64,000 nt of DNA. Source: Squalus acanthias (Eukaryota). The stretch is from positions 78,370,001-78,434,000 of the forward strand of contig CM059437.1 of the NCBI GenBank assembly GCA_030390025.1, in the 5' to 3' direction. A program made the translations under genes and the position numbers. Position 1 is the first letter of the stretch, and every line of letters starts with the position of its first letter. Shown in pieces: positions 26,830-38,195 of the stretch. The notes under the pieces were generated by a model that ran no database searches, was not told the DNA's origin, and saw only the letters and a program-made list of their open reading frames with translations.

Positions 26830-28082
26830 CTGAAAGAAACAATCCACACAGAAATGGTCAAAATAAATACAATCAGACTCACCCCATCCACAAGTTTTAG
26901 ATATAATCATATTGTAACTGTGACAGTGATCATGAATACATGTATAAACATTTCACACTGGGCAAGGCACACTTGCTTTAATTCAACCCATTCAGTAAAT
27001 CATCTTAGAAATGGTCATCTTACAAAAGCCAGTTCCTAGTTCTGATGAAGGGTCTACACCCAAAAATGATTTTTTCTCTTCAGATGTTGACAGATCTACT
27101 GTGTATTTGCATTACCTCCTGTTTTTACTACTGTGACTGGCCTCATCATCACCCCCGCCCCGTGCCTACTGCATCTGCTGCGCTGTATTAATGGCTCACT
27201 AAGAAAATGCACCCCTCAACTGTGGTGCAATCCTTCCCCGCTTCCCCCATCCCACAGAAACACATGTAGAAATACACCTGGACTGTAGACATGGATCATC
27301 TGAGCCTACTCCACACAACTCTTCACATGAATTCTCTAGCACTGCAGTCACCTGTCCAACACCCCCGCCCCCCCCCCCCCTCCCCCGACCCCACCCCACA
27401 ATGACACGCATTCCCACTACCAGCTGCTGGCATGAATCACCTCTTCTCCTTCCTTGCTTAATCTCAAGCTCTCAGCAACAACCTCAATCCTGCCAACATG
27501 TAATGTTGTTTGTGTACAACTAATTAACAATTGCAGCATATTTGACTGCAACTATCAGGAAATCTAAATCATAATAACGAAACAAAATATATAAAAATTT
27601 TGGAAGAACTTAAAAAAGGCTTCAAAAATGTGATTGTATTTCCATTGTGACAATGGCTAAAAAGATGGCCATGCCAGGCTCATAATTAAGATATGCGCCT
27701 CTAAAATCAAAAATGCTTGAGTATGGATCTATCTGCTATTTGACATTTGCTTTTGGCAGCAGTGAAGAAGTAAATTAGTTTTTTTCCCCTAGCCATTCAT
27801 CAACAGCAGAGCACGCTTTCAGAAACATGCAGTTGCCACAAATTTTAATAATGACGCTGCATTTTAGTTCCAGGAAACTGTCCTGTCTGCAGAATCCACA
27901 GAGCTGCAGTAACGTTTCTGTACCAAAATTTAACTGCATAGTTCTATGCCTCTTTTAAAAAAATTACATTTTTGAACAGAAAGGAGTAAGCTTTGCAAGA
28001 AGGATAAATAGAAGGAAATATCAGATTTCCCCTAGTGCTGCTCACGCTAAGTTGGAGGATATGCTGTTTTGTAATAACAGGA

Positions 28083-28357
28083 ACAAACTGCGTACAGCTC
28101 CAGTCGCCATATTATAAAAAGGATATAGAGGCACTGGAGAGGGTGCAGAGAAGATTTACAAGGATGACACCAGAAATGCGAGGGTATACCCATCAGGAAA
28201 GGATGAGCAGGCTGGGTCACTTTTCGCTTGGAAAAAGAAAGCTGAGGGGTAACCTAATTGAGGTCTTTAAAATTATGAAAGGTTTTCATCGAGTAGATAC
28301 AGGGAGAGTGTTTCCACTTGCGGGGAAGAGCATAACTAGAGGTTATCAATATAAGAT
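28083..28357 (+). mobile_element. CR1 RT C-terminal fragment
   Basis: ORF 28035-28367: KKDIEALERVQRRFTRM. Confidence 0.85.
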
Positions 28358-29104
28358 AGAATCATAGAATGGTTACAGCACCGAAGGCGGCCATTCGGCT
28401 CGTCGAGCCTGTACCGGCTCTCTGCAAGAGCACTTCAGCTAGTCCCACTCCCCTGCCCTTTCCCTGTAGCCTTGCAATTGCTTTTCCTTCAGGTACTTAT
28501 CCAACTCCCTTTTGAAAACCATGATTGAGTCTGCCTCCTCCACCACCCTTTCAGGCTGTGCATTCCAGATCCTAACCACTCGCTGAGTAAAAATGTTTTT
28601 CCTCATGTCGCCTTTGGCTCTTCTGCCAATCACCTTAAATCTGTGTCCTCTGGTTCTCGACCCTTCTGCCAATGGGAACAGTTTCTCTCTATCTACTCTG
28701 TCCAGACCCCTTTGAACATCTCTATCAAATCTCCTTTCAATCTTCTCTGCTCCAAGGAGAACAACCCCAGCTTCTCCAGTCTATCCACATAACTGAAGTC
28801 CCTCATCCCTGGAATTATTCTCGTAAATCTTTTCTGTACCCTCTCTAAGGCCTTCACATCCTTCCTAAAGTGTGGTGCCCAGAATTGGACACAATACTCC
28901 AGTTGCGGCTGAACCAGTGTTTTATACAGGTTCATCACAATTTCCATGCTTTTGTACTCTATACCTCTATTCATGAAGCCCAGGATTCCATAAGCTGTTT
29001 TAAACTGCTTTCTCAACCTGCCCTGCCACCTTCAACCATTTGTGCACATATACCCCTAGGTCTCTCTGTTCATGCACCCCCTTTAGGATTGTGCCCTTTA
29101 GTTT
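28358..29104 (-). mobile_element. CR1 3' fragment with (ATTCTATG)n-type tail
   Basis: ORFs 28439-28672 and 28693-29016. Confidence 0.9.
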
Positions 29105-32100
29105 AGAAACATAAACTTAGAAACATAGAAGATAGGAGCAGGAGTAGGCCATTCGGCCCCTCGAGCCTGCTCCGCCATTCAATGCGATCATGGCTGGTCA
29201 TCCAAATTCAGTACCCTGTCCCTACTTTCTCCCCATATCCCTTGGTCCCTTTAGCCTTAAGAAATATATCTAACTCCTTCTTGAATATATTTAATGAATT
29301 GGCCTCAACTGCCTTCTGTGGTAGATAATTCCACAGGTTCACCACTCTCTGGGTGAAGAAATTCCTCCTCATCTCAGTTCTAAATGGCTTACCCCTTATC
29401 CTTAGACTGTGACCTCTGGTTCTGGACTCCCCCGCCATCGGGAACATCCTTCCTGCATCTAGTCTGTCTAGTCCTGTTAGAATTTTATAAGTTTCAATGA
29501 GATCCCCTCTCATTCTTCTAAACTCTAGCGAATATAAGCCTAATCGACCCAATCTCTCTTCATACGTCATTCCTGCCATCCCAGGTATCATAAGAACATA
29601 AGAACATAAGAAATAGGAGCAGGAGTAGGCCAATCGGCCCCTCGAGCCTGCTCCGCCATTCAATAAGATCATGGCTGATCTGATCCTAACCGCCAATCTA
29701 CTATCTATCACAGAACCATCTCCTGCATCTAACAGAATTGCACACACAAAATAGGAGCAGAATCAGGCTACACAGTCCCTGGGCCCGCTCCACTACCCAC
29801 AGGGCCATGACCGATCCGAACCTAGACTCATGTCCAAATTCCTGCCCGCTCCCCGTAACCCTTAATGCCCTTTACTTCTAGGAAACTGTCTATTTCTGTT
29901 TTAAATTTAATTAATGTTGTAGCTTCTACAGCTTTTTGTGGCAGCATATTCCATGGACCTACCACCCTCTGAGTGAAGTAGTTCCTCCTCATCTCAGTTT
30001 TGAAAGAGCAGCCCCTTATTCTAAGACTATGTCCCCTAGTTCTCGTCTCACCCGTCATCGGGAACATCCTCCCCGCATCCACCCGATCCAACCCCTTCAC
30101 AATCTTATATGTTTCAATAAGATCGCCTCTCATTCTTCTGAACTCCAATGAGTAGAGTCCCAATCTACCCAACCTCTCCTCATATGACCACCCCCTCATC
30201 CCCGGGATTAACCGAGTGAACCTTTTTTGCACTGCCTCGAGAGCAAGGATGTCTTTCCTTAAGTAAGGACACCAAAACTGTATGCAGTATTCCAGGTGCG
30301 GTCTCACCAATACCTTGTACAACTGAAGCAATACCTCCCTATTTTTATATTCTATCCCCCTAGCAATGAAAGCCAACATTCCATTTGCCTTCTTAATCAC
30401 TTGCTGCACCTGCATACTATCCTTTTGAGTTTCGTGCACCAGGACCCCCAGATCCCTTTGCACTTCAGTACTCTCCAGTTTCTTGCCATTAAGATAATAA
30501 ATTGCTCTAGGATTTTTCCTGCCAAAGTGCATCACCTCACACTTTCCAGTGTTGTATTCCATCTGCCAAATCCCTGCCCACTTACTTAGCCTGTCTATGT
30601 CCCCTTGCAGGTTTTTTATGTCCTCCTCACTCACTACTTTCCCTCCCATCTTAGTATCATCTGCAAATTTTGATATGTTACACTTGGTCCCTTCCTCCAA
30701 ATCGTTAATATAGATTGTAAAGAGTTGGGGACCCAGCACTGACCCCTGTGGAACACCACTAGTTACTGATTGCCAGTCTGAGAATGAACCATTTATCCCA
30801 ACTCTTTGCTTTCTGTTAGATAGCCAATCCTCTATCCATGCCAGAATATTACCCCCAATCCCGTGATTTTTTACCTTAAGCAATAATCTTTTGTGTGGCA
30901 CCTTGTCAAATGCCTTTTGGAAGTCTAAATACACTACGTCCACTGGTTCCCCTTTATCCACTCTATATGTTACTTCCTCAAAGAACTCCAGCAAATTTGT
31001 CAAACATGACTTCCCCTTCGTAAAACCATGCTGACTTTGTCCTATTAAATTATGATTATCCAAATGTCCTGTTACTGTTTCCTTAATAATGGACTCCAAA
31101 ATTTTACCTACCACAGATGTTAGGCTAACCGGTCTATAGTTACCAGCCTTCTGTCTACTGCCCTTTTTAAATAAGGGTGTTACATTAGCAGTTTTCCAGT
31201 CTGCCGGGACCTTAGCGGAATCCAGGGAGTTTTGAAAAATTATTACCAATGCATCTACAATCCCTACCGCCACTTCCTTCAAGACTCTAGGATGTAAGCC
31301 ATCAGGTCCAGGTGATTTATCCGCCTTGAGTCCCATTATTTTACCGAGTACCACTTCCTTAGTGATTTTGATCGTGTTTAGCTCCTCTCCCCCTATAGCC
31401 CCCTGTTTGTCCAGTGTTGGGATATTCTTAGTGTCTTCTACTGTAAAGACTGATACAAAATATTCATTCAGTGTTTTTGCCATCTCCATATTTCCCACCA
31501 TTAATTTCCCGGTCTCATCCTCTAAGGGACCAACATTTACTTTAGCCACCCTTTTTCTTTTTATATAACTATAAAAACTCTTACTATCTGTTTTTATATT
31601 TTTTGCTAATTTACTTTCATAATCTATCTTCCCTTTCTTAATCAATCTTTTTGTTATTTTTTGCTGCCTTTTAAAGTTTTCCCAATCCTCCGTCCTCCCA
31701 CTAGATTTCGCTACCTTATATGCCCTTGTTTTTAGTCGAATACTATCCTTAATTTCTTTACTTAGCCACGGATGACTGTCCTTTCTTTTACACCCTTTTC
31801 TTTTCAGTGGAATATATTTTTTTTGGAAGTTGTAAAATAACTCCTTGAATGTACACCACTGATCATGTGTCGTCTTACCCTTTAATCTATTTTCCCAATC
31901 CACTCTACTCAATTCCGCTCGCATACCTTCATAGTCTCCTTTATTCAAGCTTAGCACGCTTGTTTGAGATCCAACCTTCTCACCCTCTAATTGAATATGG
32001 AATTCAACCATGTTATGGTCACTCATTCCAAGGGGATCCTTTACTAGGACATTTTTAATTAATCCTGTCTCGTTACACAGGACCAGATCTAAGGTTGCTT

Positions 32101-34168
32101 GCCCCCTGGTCGGTTCAGTTACATACTGCTCAAGAAACCCATCCCTAATACACTCAATGAACTCATCCTCAAAGCAGCCCTGCCCAATTTGATTTGTCCA
32201 ATTAATATGATAGTTAAAATCCCCCATAATTATAGATGTTCCCTTATTACAAGCCTCAACCATTTCCTGATTGATACTCCGTCCAACAGAGTTGCAACTG
32301 TTCGGAGGCCTATAGACTACGCCCACTAGTGTTTTTTTCCCCTTATTATTCCTTATCTCCACCCAAACTGTTTCATTATCATGATTTTTTGACCCAATAT
32401 CATTACTCTGTATTACAGTGATTCCTTCCTTTATTAACATAGCCACCCCACCTCCCCTTCCTTCCTGCCTGTCCTTCACCAGTCTGGTGAATCTTTGCTG
32501 CACTCCCTCCATGGCAAGAACATCCTTTCTCAGATAAGGCGACCAAAACTGCACACAAGACTCAAGGTGTGGTCTCACCAAGGCCCTGTACAACTGCAGC
32601 AAGACATCCTTGCTCCTGTACTCGAATCCTCTCGCTATGAAGGCCAACATACCATTTGCCTTCTTAACCGCCTGCTGCACTTGCATACTTACCTTCAGCG
32701 ACTAGTGCACAAGGACACCCAGGTCTCGTTGCACTTCCCCTTTTCCCAATCTATTGCCATTCAGATAATAATCTGTCTTCCTGTTTTTGCCACCAAAGTG
32801 GATAACCTCGCATTTATCCACATTATACTGCATCTGCCCAATCACCCAACCTGTCCAAATCATACTGGAGTTTCTCGGCATCCTCCTCACAGCACACACG
32901 CCCACCCAGCTTTGTGTTGTCTGCAAACTTGGAGATATTACATCTAGTTCCCTTGTCTAGATCATTAATATATATTGTGAATAGCTGGGGTCCTAGCACC
33001 GATCCCTGTGGTACCCCACTAGTCACTGCCTGCCACTCGGAAAAAGACCCATTTATTCCAACTCTTTGCTTCCTGTCTGTCAACCAGTTCTCTATCCAAG
33101 TCAGTACCTTACCCCCAATCCCATGTGCTTTAACTTTGCACGCCAATCTCTTAGGCGGGACCTTATCAAAAGCCTTCTGAAAGTCCAAATACACAACATC
33201 CACTGGTTCTCCCTTATCTATTCTACCAGTTACATCCTCAAAAAATTCCAGGAGGTTAGTCAAGCATGATTTACCTTTTGTAAATCCATGCTGACTTTGT
33301 CTGATCCTGTCACTGTTTTCCAAGTACTCTGCTATTACATCTTTTATAATGGACTCTAGCATTTTCCCCACTATCGATGTCAGGCTTACCGGTCTATAAT
33401 TCCCCGTTTTCTCTCTACCATCTTTTTTAAATGGTGGGGTTACATTAGCTACCCTCCAATCCATGGGAACTGTTCCAGAGTCTATAAAATTTTGGAAGAT
33501 GACCAGCAATGCATCTACTATTTCTAGGGCCACTTCCTTAAGTACCCTAGGATGTAGATTATCAGGCCCTGGGGATTTATCGGCCTTCAATTCCGTCAAT
33601 TTCCCTAACACCATTTCCCTACAAATACTGATTTCATTCAATTCCTCCCTTTCATTAGACCCTATGTTCCCCGACATCTCTGGGAGGTTATTTGTGTCCT
33701 CCTTTGTGAAGACAAAACCAAAGTATGTATTTAATTGGTCTGCCATTTCTTTGTTCCCCATTATAAATTCCCCTGATTCTGACTGCAAGGGACCTACGCT
33801 TGACTTCACCAATCTTTTTCTTTTCACATATCTATAGAAGCTTTTACAGTCAGTTTTTATGTTCCCTGCAAGCTTACTCTCATATTCTATTTCCCCCCTC
33901 TCAATTAATCCCTTTGTCCTCCTTTGCTGAATCCTAAACTGCTCCCAATCCTCAGGTTTGCTGCTTTTTCTGGCCAATTTATATGTCCTCTCCTTGGATC
34001 TTATGCTATCCCTAATTTCCCTTGTTAGCCATGGTTGAGTCACCTTTTTTGTTTTATTTTTATGCCAAACAGGGATGAACAAATTCTGTAGTTCATCCAT
34101 GCGATCTTTAAATGTTTGCCATTGCCTATCCACTGTCAACCCTTTAAGTAACGCTCCCCAATCCATCC
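29105..34168 (-). mobile_element. CR1 family Y copy, 5'-truncated, split by the family X insertion (29105-29589 plus 32480-34168)
   Basis: Same family as 4560-7476. Host sequence rejoins as AGATTCACCAGACTG|ATACCTGGG across the insert. Confidence 0.95.
29590..32479 (-). mobile_element. Young CR1 (family X), truncated within the endonuclease domain, ORF2 uninterrupted
   Basis: About 880 open codons from KDRQEGRGGGV to the stop at 29828; (TTCTTATG)n tail. Confidence 0.95.
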
Positions 34169-34477
34169 TAGACTTTGTAGAATAGTACCAACATGGACTA
34201 TATAAATTACATAAGCTTAAAAGACAATTAACTTAATTGAACCTTTAAAGCTTTTATTTAAGTGTGTAGCAGCAACAGAACAAGAAGTCAATTGATTTCA
34301 TGAACATTGGGGAAAAAACAGCAAAAATAAAGAAAATATGCATCCAGATTTTTGTATGGTGTCAGAGGAACATTATACTGAAAACGTGAACTCCATATAG
34401 TGTATGCTGTTAAGACATTGACAGTCCACTTCCTAACACTCTATCATAAAATAACAGTTAGCCGTTTAACACCTTAC

Positions 34478-34593
34478 CTTTAGATTATCATCATTGCGGC
34501 TTGATTTCTCTCCCTTCCAATTTAAACAGATGCTGAAGACAGGGGGGATGGTAGAATAACCAGGATTCAACACTATAGCCACATGGAGCTTTG
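34478..34593 (-). CDS. THOC5: THOC5 exon ([39 protein letters not shown])
   Basis: acttag/gtaagg, 116 nt, phase 1 to 0. Confidence 0.96.
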
Positions 34594-34859
34594 CTAAGTG
34601 TAAATAACGAACATTTAAATTAAGTAAACACAGAAGTTGTTTTAATCAAAGGCAACCTCACTCTCCACTGTAACTTGCAATTCATTACTCTTGCATTTTA
34701 TAGTGCCAGCGCTACATTTATAGTCTGCTACAATTTGGGGTTTTTAATAGAACCGTTTTCTCTCTCAATATTTTAATAGTGGTTCTTGTATTGGCCCTTG
34801 TCCCTTATGAACCAGAAGCTGTAACTTTCTGATATTCTGGTCCTAACAAAGCTGAGTAA

Positions 34860-35002
34860 CAATGTTCCCCGTAATCTTTTTGGGGCCATGCGGCCCCTTT
34901 AAAAGTCTGCACGTGCATGGTTTTTTTCAATTTAAAAGCCGGTCACTGTCTGCGCGGAACCCCTGGAGCGCTGCGCGGCTGTGCAGCTTAGAGAGAACAT
35001 TA
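34860..35002. mobile_element. hAT-type MITE
   Basis: Termini CAATGTTCCC / GAGAACATTA; 8-bp TSD CTGAGTAA / GTGAGTAA. Confidence 0.75.
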
Positions 35003-35765
35003 GTGAGTAACCTAAGCAGTAATATAAGTACTCGATCTGCAGCAATCTTGATTAGCAGTATTTTTGCTGTATGCTACCAAATATTTTTCGAGTTGGTGGA
35101 TATTTAACACAGGCTATAGTTTATCCAGACTAAAGCAGCATATTTATTTACAATTAAATAACGATAGGACGTACAAAGATTTGGCAATGCTAAGCGTACA
35201 ATATATTTGATCTCACACGATGAAAAATCTGTCATGTGTCAATCACTCTTTGCAGGAATGATTTCTGAACAAAATAAGTTTCTGATGGTTCACTAAATAA
35301 AGTCCTGCTTTCGGGCAAGATAAATTCTGTGGAGCAAGAGTGAAACAGATTAAATTATAAATTATTTAGAGTAAGGAGGAGTCACTGAGGATGCATGTTA
35401 GCTCCTGTTAGCATCATATTTTGTAAAGACAGCTATATTTATTACTAAGCATTTCATTCCCTCCAAAATTGTTTGTTTGATTAAACCTAAAGCTCTCGGA
35501 TTTATTTTTGACCCAAAAAAGCACATATTTGCTTGTGTTTCACCGGATTTTTTGACCCAGATTGGGGGGGGGGGGGGGGAAACTTATTTACAAATTACTT
35601 TGGATCCCATATTAAACTAAGGTTCTAACTTCACTACAGCAGCTATATTTTATAGCATGCATTATGGTCTCAATTAATTGTAGCTGTACAGTCAATGTAG
35701 GGCTGAAGTTTCACTGAAAGCTGCGAGGCAATTGTGAGGTTATTGCAAAGTGACCTGGTCACTAC

Positions 35766-35921
35766 CAATGTCCCATCTAATTTTTTTTTAATGCATGGTC
35801 CCTTTAAATTTGCTGCGCGGCTGCGCACGCACAGCATCTCTTCCAGGGGTGGTAGCTGGTGAGCGGCCTGCGCGGGACCTCGTGATTGATGCGCGGCTCC
35901 ACACCTTAGTTGGGAACATTG
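35766..35921. mobile_element. hAT-type MITE
   Basis: Termini CAATGTCCC / GGGAACATTG; perfect 8-bp TSD GTCACTAC. Confidence 0.85.
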
Positions 35922-36142
35922 GTCACTACGACTACCCTGTAAACGGATTATTTTGGAATTCCAAAGCAGAGTTATTGGGAATTAACTGATACTGCAAATT
36001 ATATCAGATTATTCAAATCATGACTTCATTATTTAAAACTGTACTGCAAAAATGCTCATTGTGTATTTGGTCAAAAGTTTAAAGGTTATGTGACCATGAT
36101 AAAGCTCAGCTGCAGCCAGTCTTACAGGAACTTGGCTCCTAC

Positions 36143-36230
36143 CTGTTCCTCGTTCTATCAAAGCTGAAAAGAAGAGATCAGTCTCTTGAGCCATGTCTGC
36201 TTCTATGACGTGCTTGGTAAAAGGCAGAGC
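36143..36230 (-). CDS. THOC5: THOC5 exon (ALPFTKHVIEADMAQETDLFFSALIERGT)
   Basis: ctcttag/gtagga, 88 nt, phase 0 to 1. Confidence 0.95.
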
Positions 36231-36352
36231 CTAAGAGAGAAATCAAGAGATTAATTCTTCAGCTTCGAACCTCAAAAGAACAGATTCAATAAGATCATAT
36301 ACAATACTTACATACAACTTGACTTCTTAAATTGTCTGAACAGTAACAATAA

Positions 36353-36925
36353 AAGAATTGAATAGAAATTACAGCACAGAAACAGGCCATTCGGCCCAAC
36401 TGGTCTGAGCTGGTGTTTATGCTCCACATGAACCTCCTCCCATCTTACTTCATCTCGCCCTATCAGCATAACCTCCTATTCCTTTCTCCCTCATGTGTTT
36501 ATCTAGCTTTCCCTTAAATGCATCTAGGCAATTTGCCTCAACTACTCCATGTGGTAGCGAGTTCCACATTTAAACCACTCTCTGAGAAAAGAAGTTTCTC
36601 CTGAATTCCTTACTGGATTTATTAGTGACTATCTTATATTTAATTTAAGACAGTTTTCTCTCTTTTTGCCTGTCCTTTCAGATTCTCCCAGTGTCCTCTT
36701 CTGTTTCTCTCTTTCTAGGTTTTCTTTTTTGATTTTTTTCTCTGATCCAATCTTCCCTTAGTAACAGTAATTAGCTCCTAATTTAGCTGGGAAATGTAGG
36801 AACATAGGAAGAGGAGTAGGCCATTCAGCACCTTGAGCCTGTTCTGCCATTCAATTAGATCACGGCTGATCTGTATCTTAACTCCATCTACCTGTTTTGG
36901 TTCCGTAACCTTTATTACCCTTGCT
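36353..36925 (-). mobile_element. Two short CR1 3'-end fragments (about 36353-36640 and 36795-36925)
   Basis: CR1 3'UTR motifs GGCCATTCGGCCC / GGAGTAGGCCATTCAGC. Confidence 0.75.
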
Positions 36926-37582
36926 TACAATTAGCCTCTAAATTAGCTTGGCATGTGCCGAACTTTGCTTTTTTAAAGGCACAGGCCAGGTTGAACACAG
37001 CTCTCGTTGAGCAGCAGAATAATACACCGCGCACTACATGGCATAACGATTCAGTCCTTAGGTCACATTTTGGGAATTCTGGCTATTTCACGACGTAAGG
37101 GTCTTAGCACGGTATATTAATTGTGTAGAAGTACTCACAACATAAATGTGAAACAATAGATTGAATACAAGTTAAAAATAATGCTTTGAAAACTACAGAA
37201 TAAACCATTTTTTGTGTCCCTGTTATATCAGGCTAATTTCTCCCTTGGCCTTTAGACCCTGCCTTCACTGCACTTCAGATGAAAAATATTTTTGTTCCTA
37301 GATCTCTGCCCATGCCAACCTTAGGGCAACTGTTAGGAGGTACTCAGTTGCCAACCTTCGAAAAAAGCATGAAAGTCAATACGACAGGTCATACTGAAGT
37401 ATGAATATTGCAACTGAGGACCCAGTAACTCTGAGGAAAGAGCATCGCACTCAGTGGCAATACTAATCAGTTAAGTCTATAGCCAAGAACACTCACCCTC
37501 ATAGCTAAAGCACTAAGTGCGGCCATGAAAGAGTAAGGCTATTAAGAGGAAGAAATAATGTAGATAAAAAACGCACACATAC

Positions 37583-37686
37583 CGCATAGTCTTCATATGA
37601 AACGGCACTCCATTTGATCAATCTAGATATGATCTTCACTGGGAAAAGATGCTGACATTCACTGGATATTGGCACAATACTGTGTT
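37583..37686 (-). CDS. THOC5: THOC5 exon (EHSIVPISSECQHLFPVKIISRLIKWSAVSYEDYA)
   Basis: tttacag/gtatgt, 104 nt, phase 1 to 0. Confidence 0.96.
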
Positions 37687-37838
37687 CTGTAAAAGAAAGA
37701 CTTGCATTTATATAGCGCCTTTCACGACCACGGGACGTCTCAAAGTGCTTTACAGCCAATTAAGTACTTTTGGAAATAACAACAGAAAACGCTGGAAAAA
37801 CTCAGCAGGCCAGGCAGCATCCGTAGAGAGAGAAAGAG

Positions 37839-37875
37839 AGTTGACGTTTCAGGTCGATGACCTTTCATCAGAACT
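37839..37875 (-). ncRNA. Minimal type I hammerhead ribozyme, copy 1
   Basis: AGUU CUGAUGA A AGGUC-AUC-GACCU GAAA C GUC AACU: full catalytic core, stem II, 4-bp stem I, loopless palindromic stem III (ACGU). Confidence 0.8.
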
Positions 37876-38158
37876 GGGAAGAGCTGGAAATCAAATAGAT
37901 TTAAGGCCAGGGTAAAGCTGGGAAAAGGGGGAGGGGATAAAGGAACAAAGGAGGAGATGAAGAGACATTAAGAGCCAAACGGAAATCCCGTCGAAGAGAA
38001 GAGCAGAACTTCTTCAAGGTAGGCATTCCAAGAAGAGAGGTGGCAGTGAACCAAACACTAATACGATAGCAAAATACTGCAGATGCTGGAAATCCGAAAT
38101 AACAGAAAACGCTGGAAAAACTCAGCAGGCCAGGCAGCATCCGTAGAGAGAGAAAGAG

Positions 38159-38195
38159 AGTTGACGTTTCAGGTCGATGACCTTTCATCAGAACT
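38159..38195 (-). ncRNA. Minimal type I hammerhead ribozyme, copy 2
   Basis: Identical to copy 1, 320 nt away. Confidence 0.8.

Noticed and set aside
29828..32686. 952-aa ORF as a single gene or intact LINE ORF2
   Set aside because: Chimera of two CR1 copies; the RT C-terminal block appears twice and the endonuclease N-terminus is missing.
34478..34532. Shorter version of the THOC5 exon using the internal TCTTCAG acceptor
   Set aside because: Gives an immediate stop in the incoming phase; the acceptor at 34594 restores THOC5 homology.
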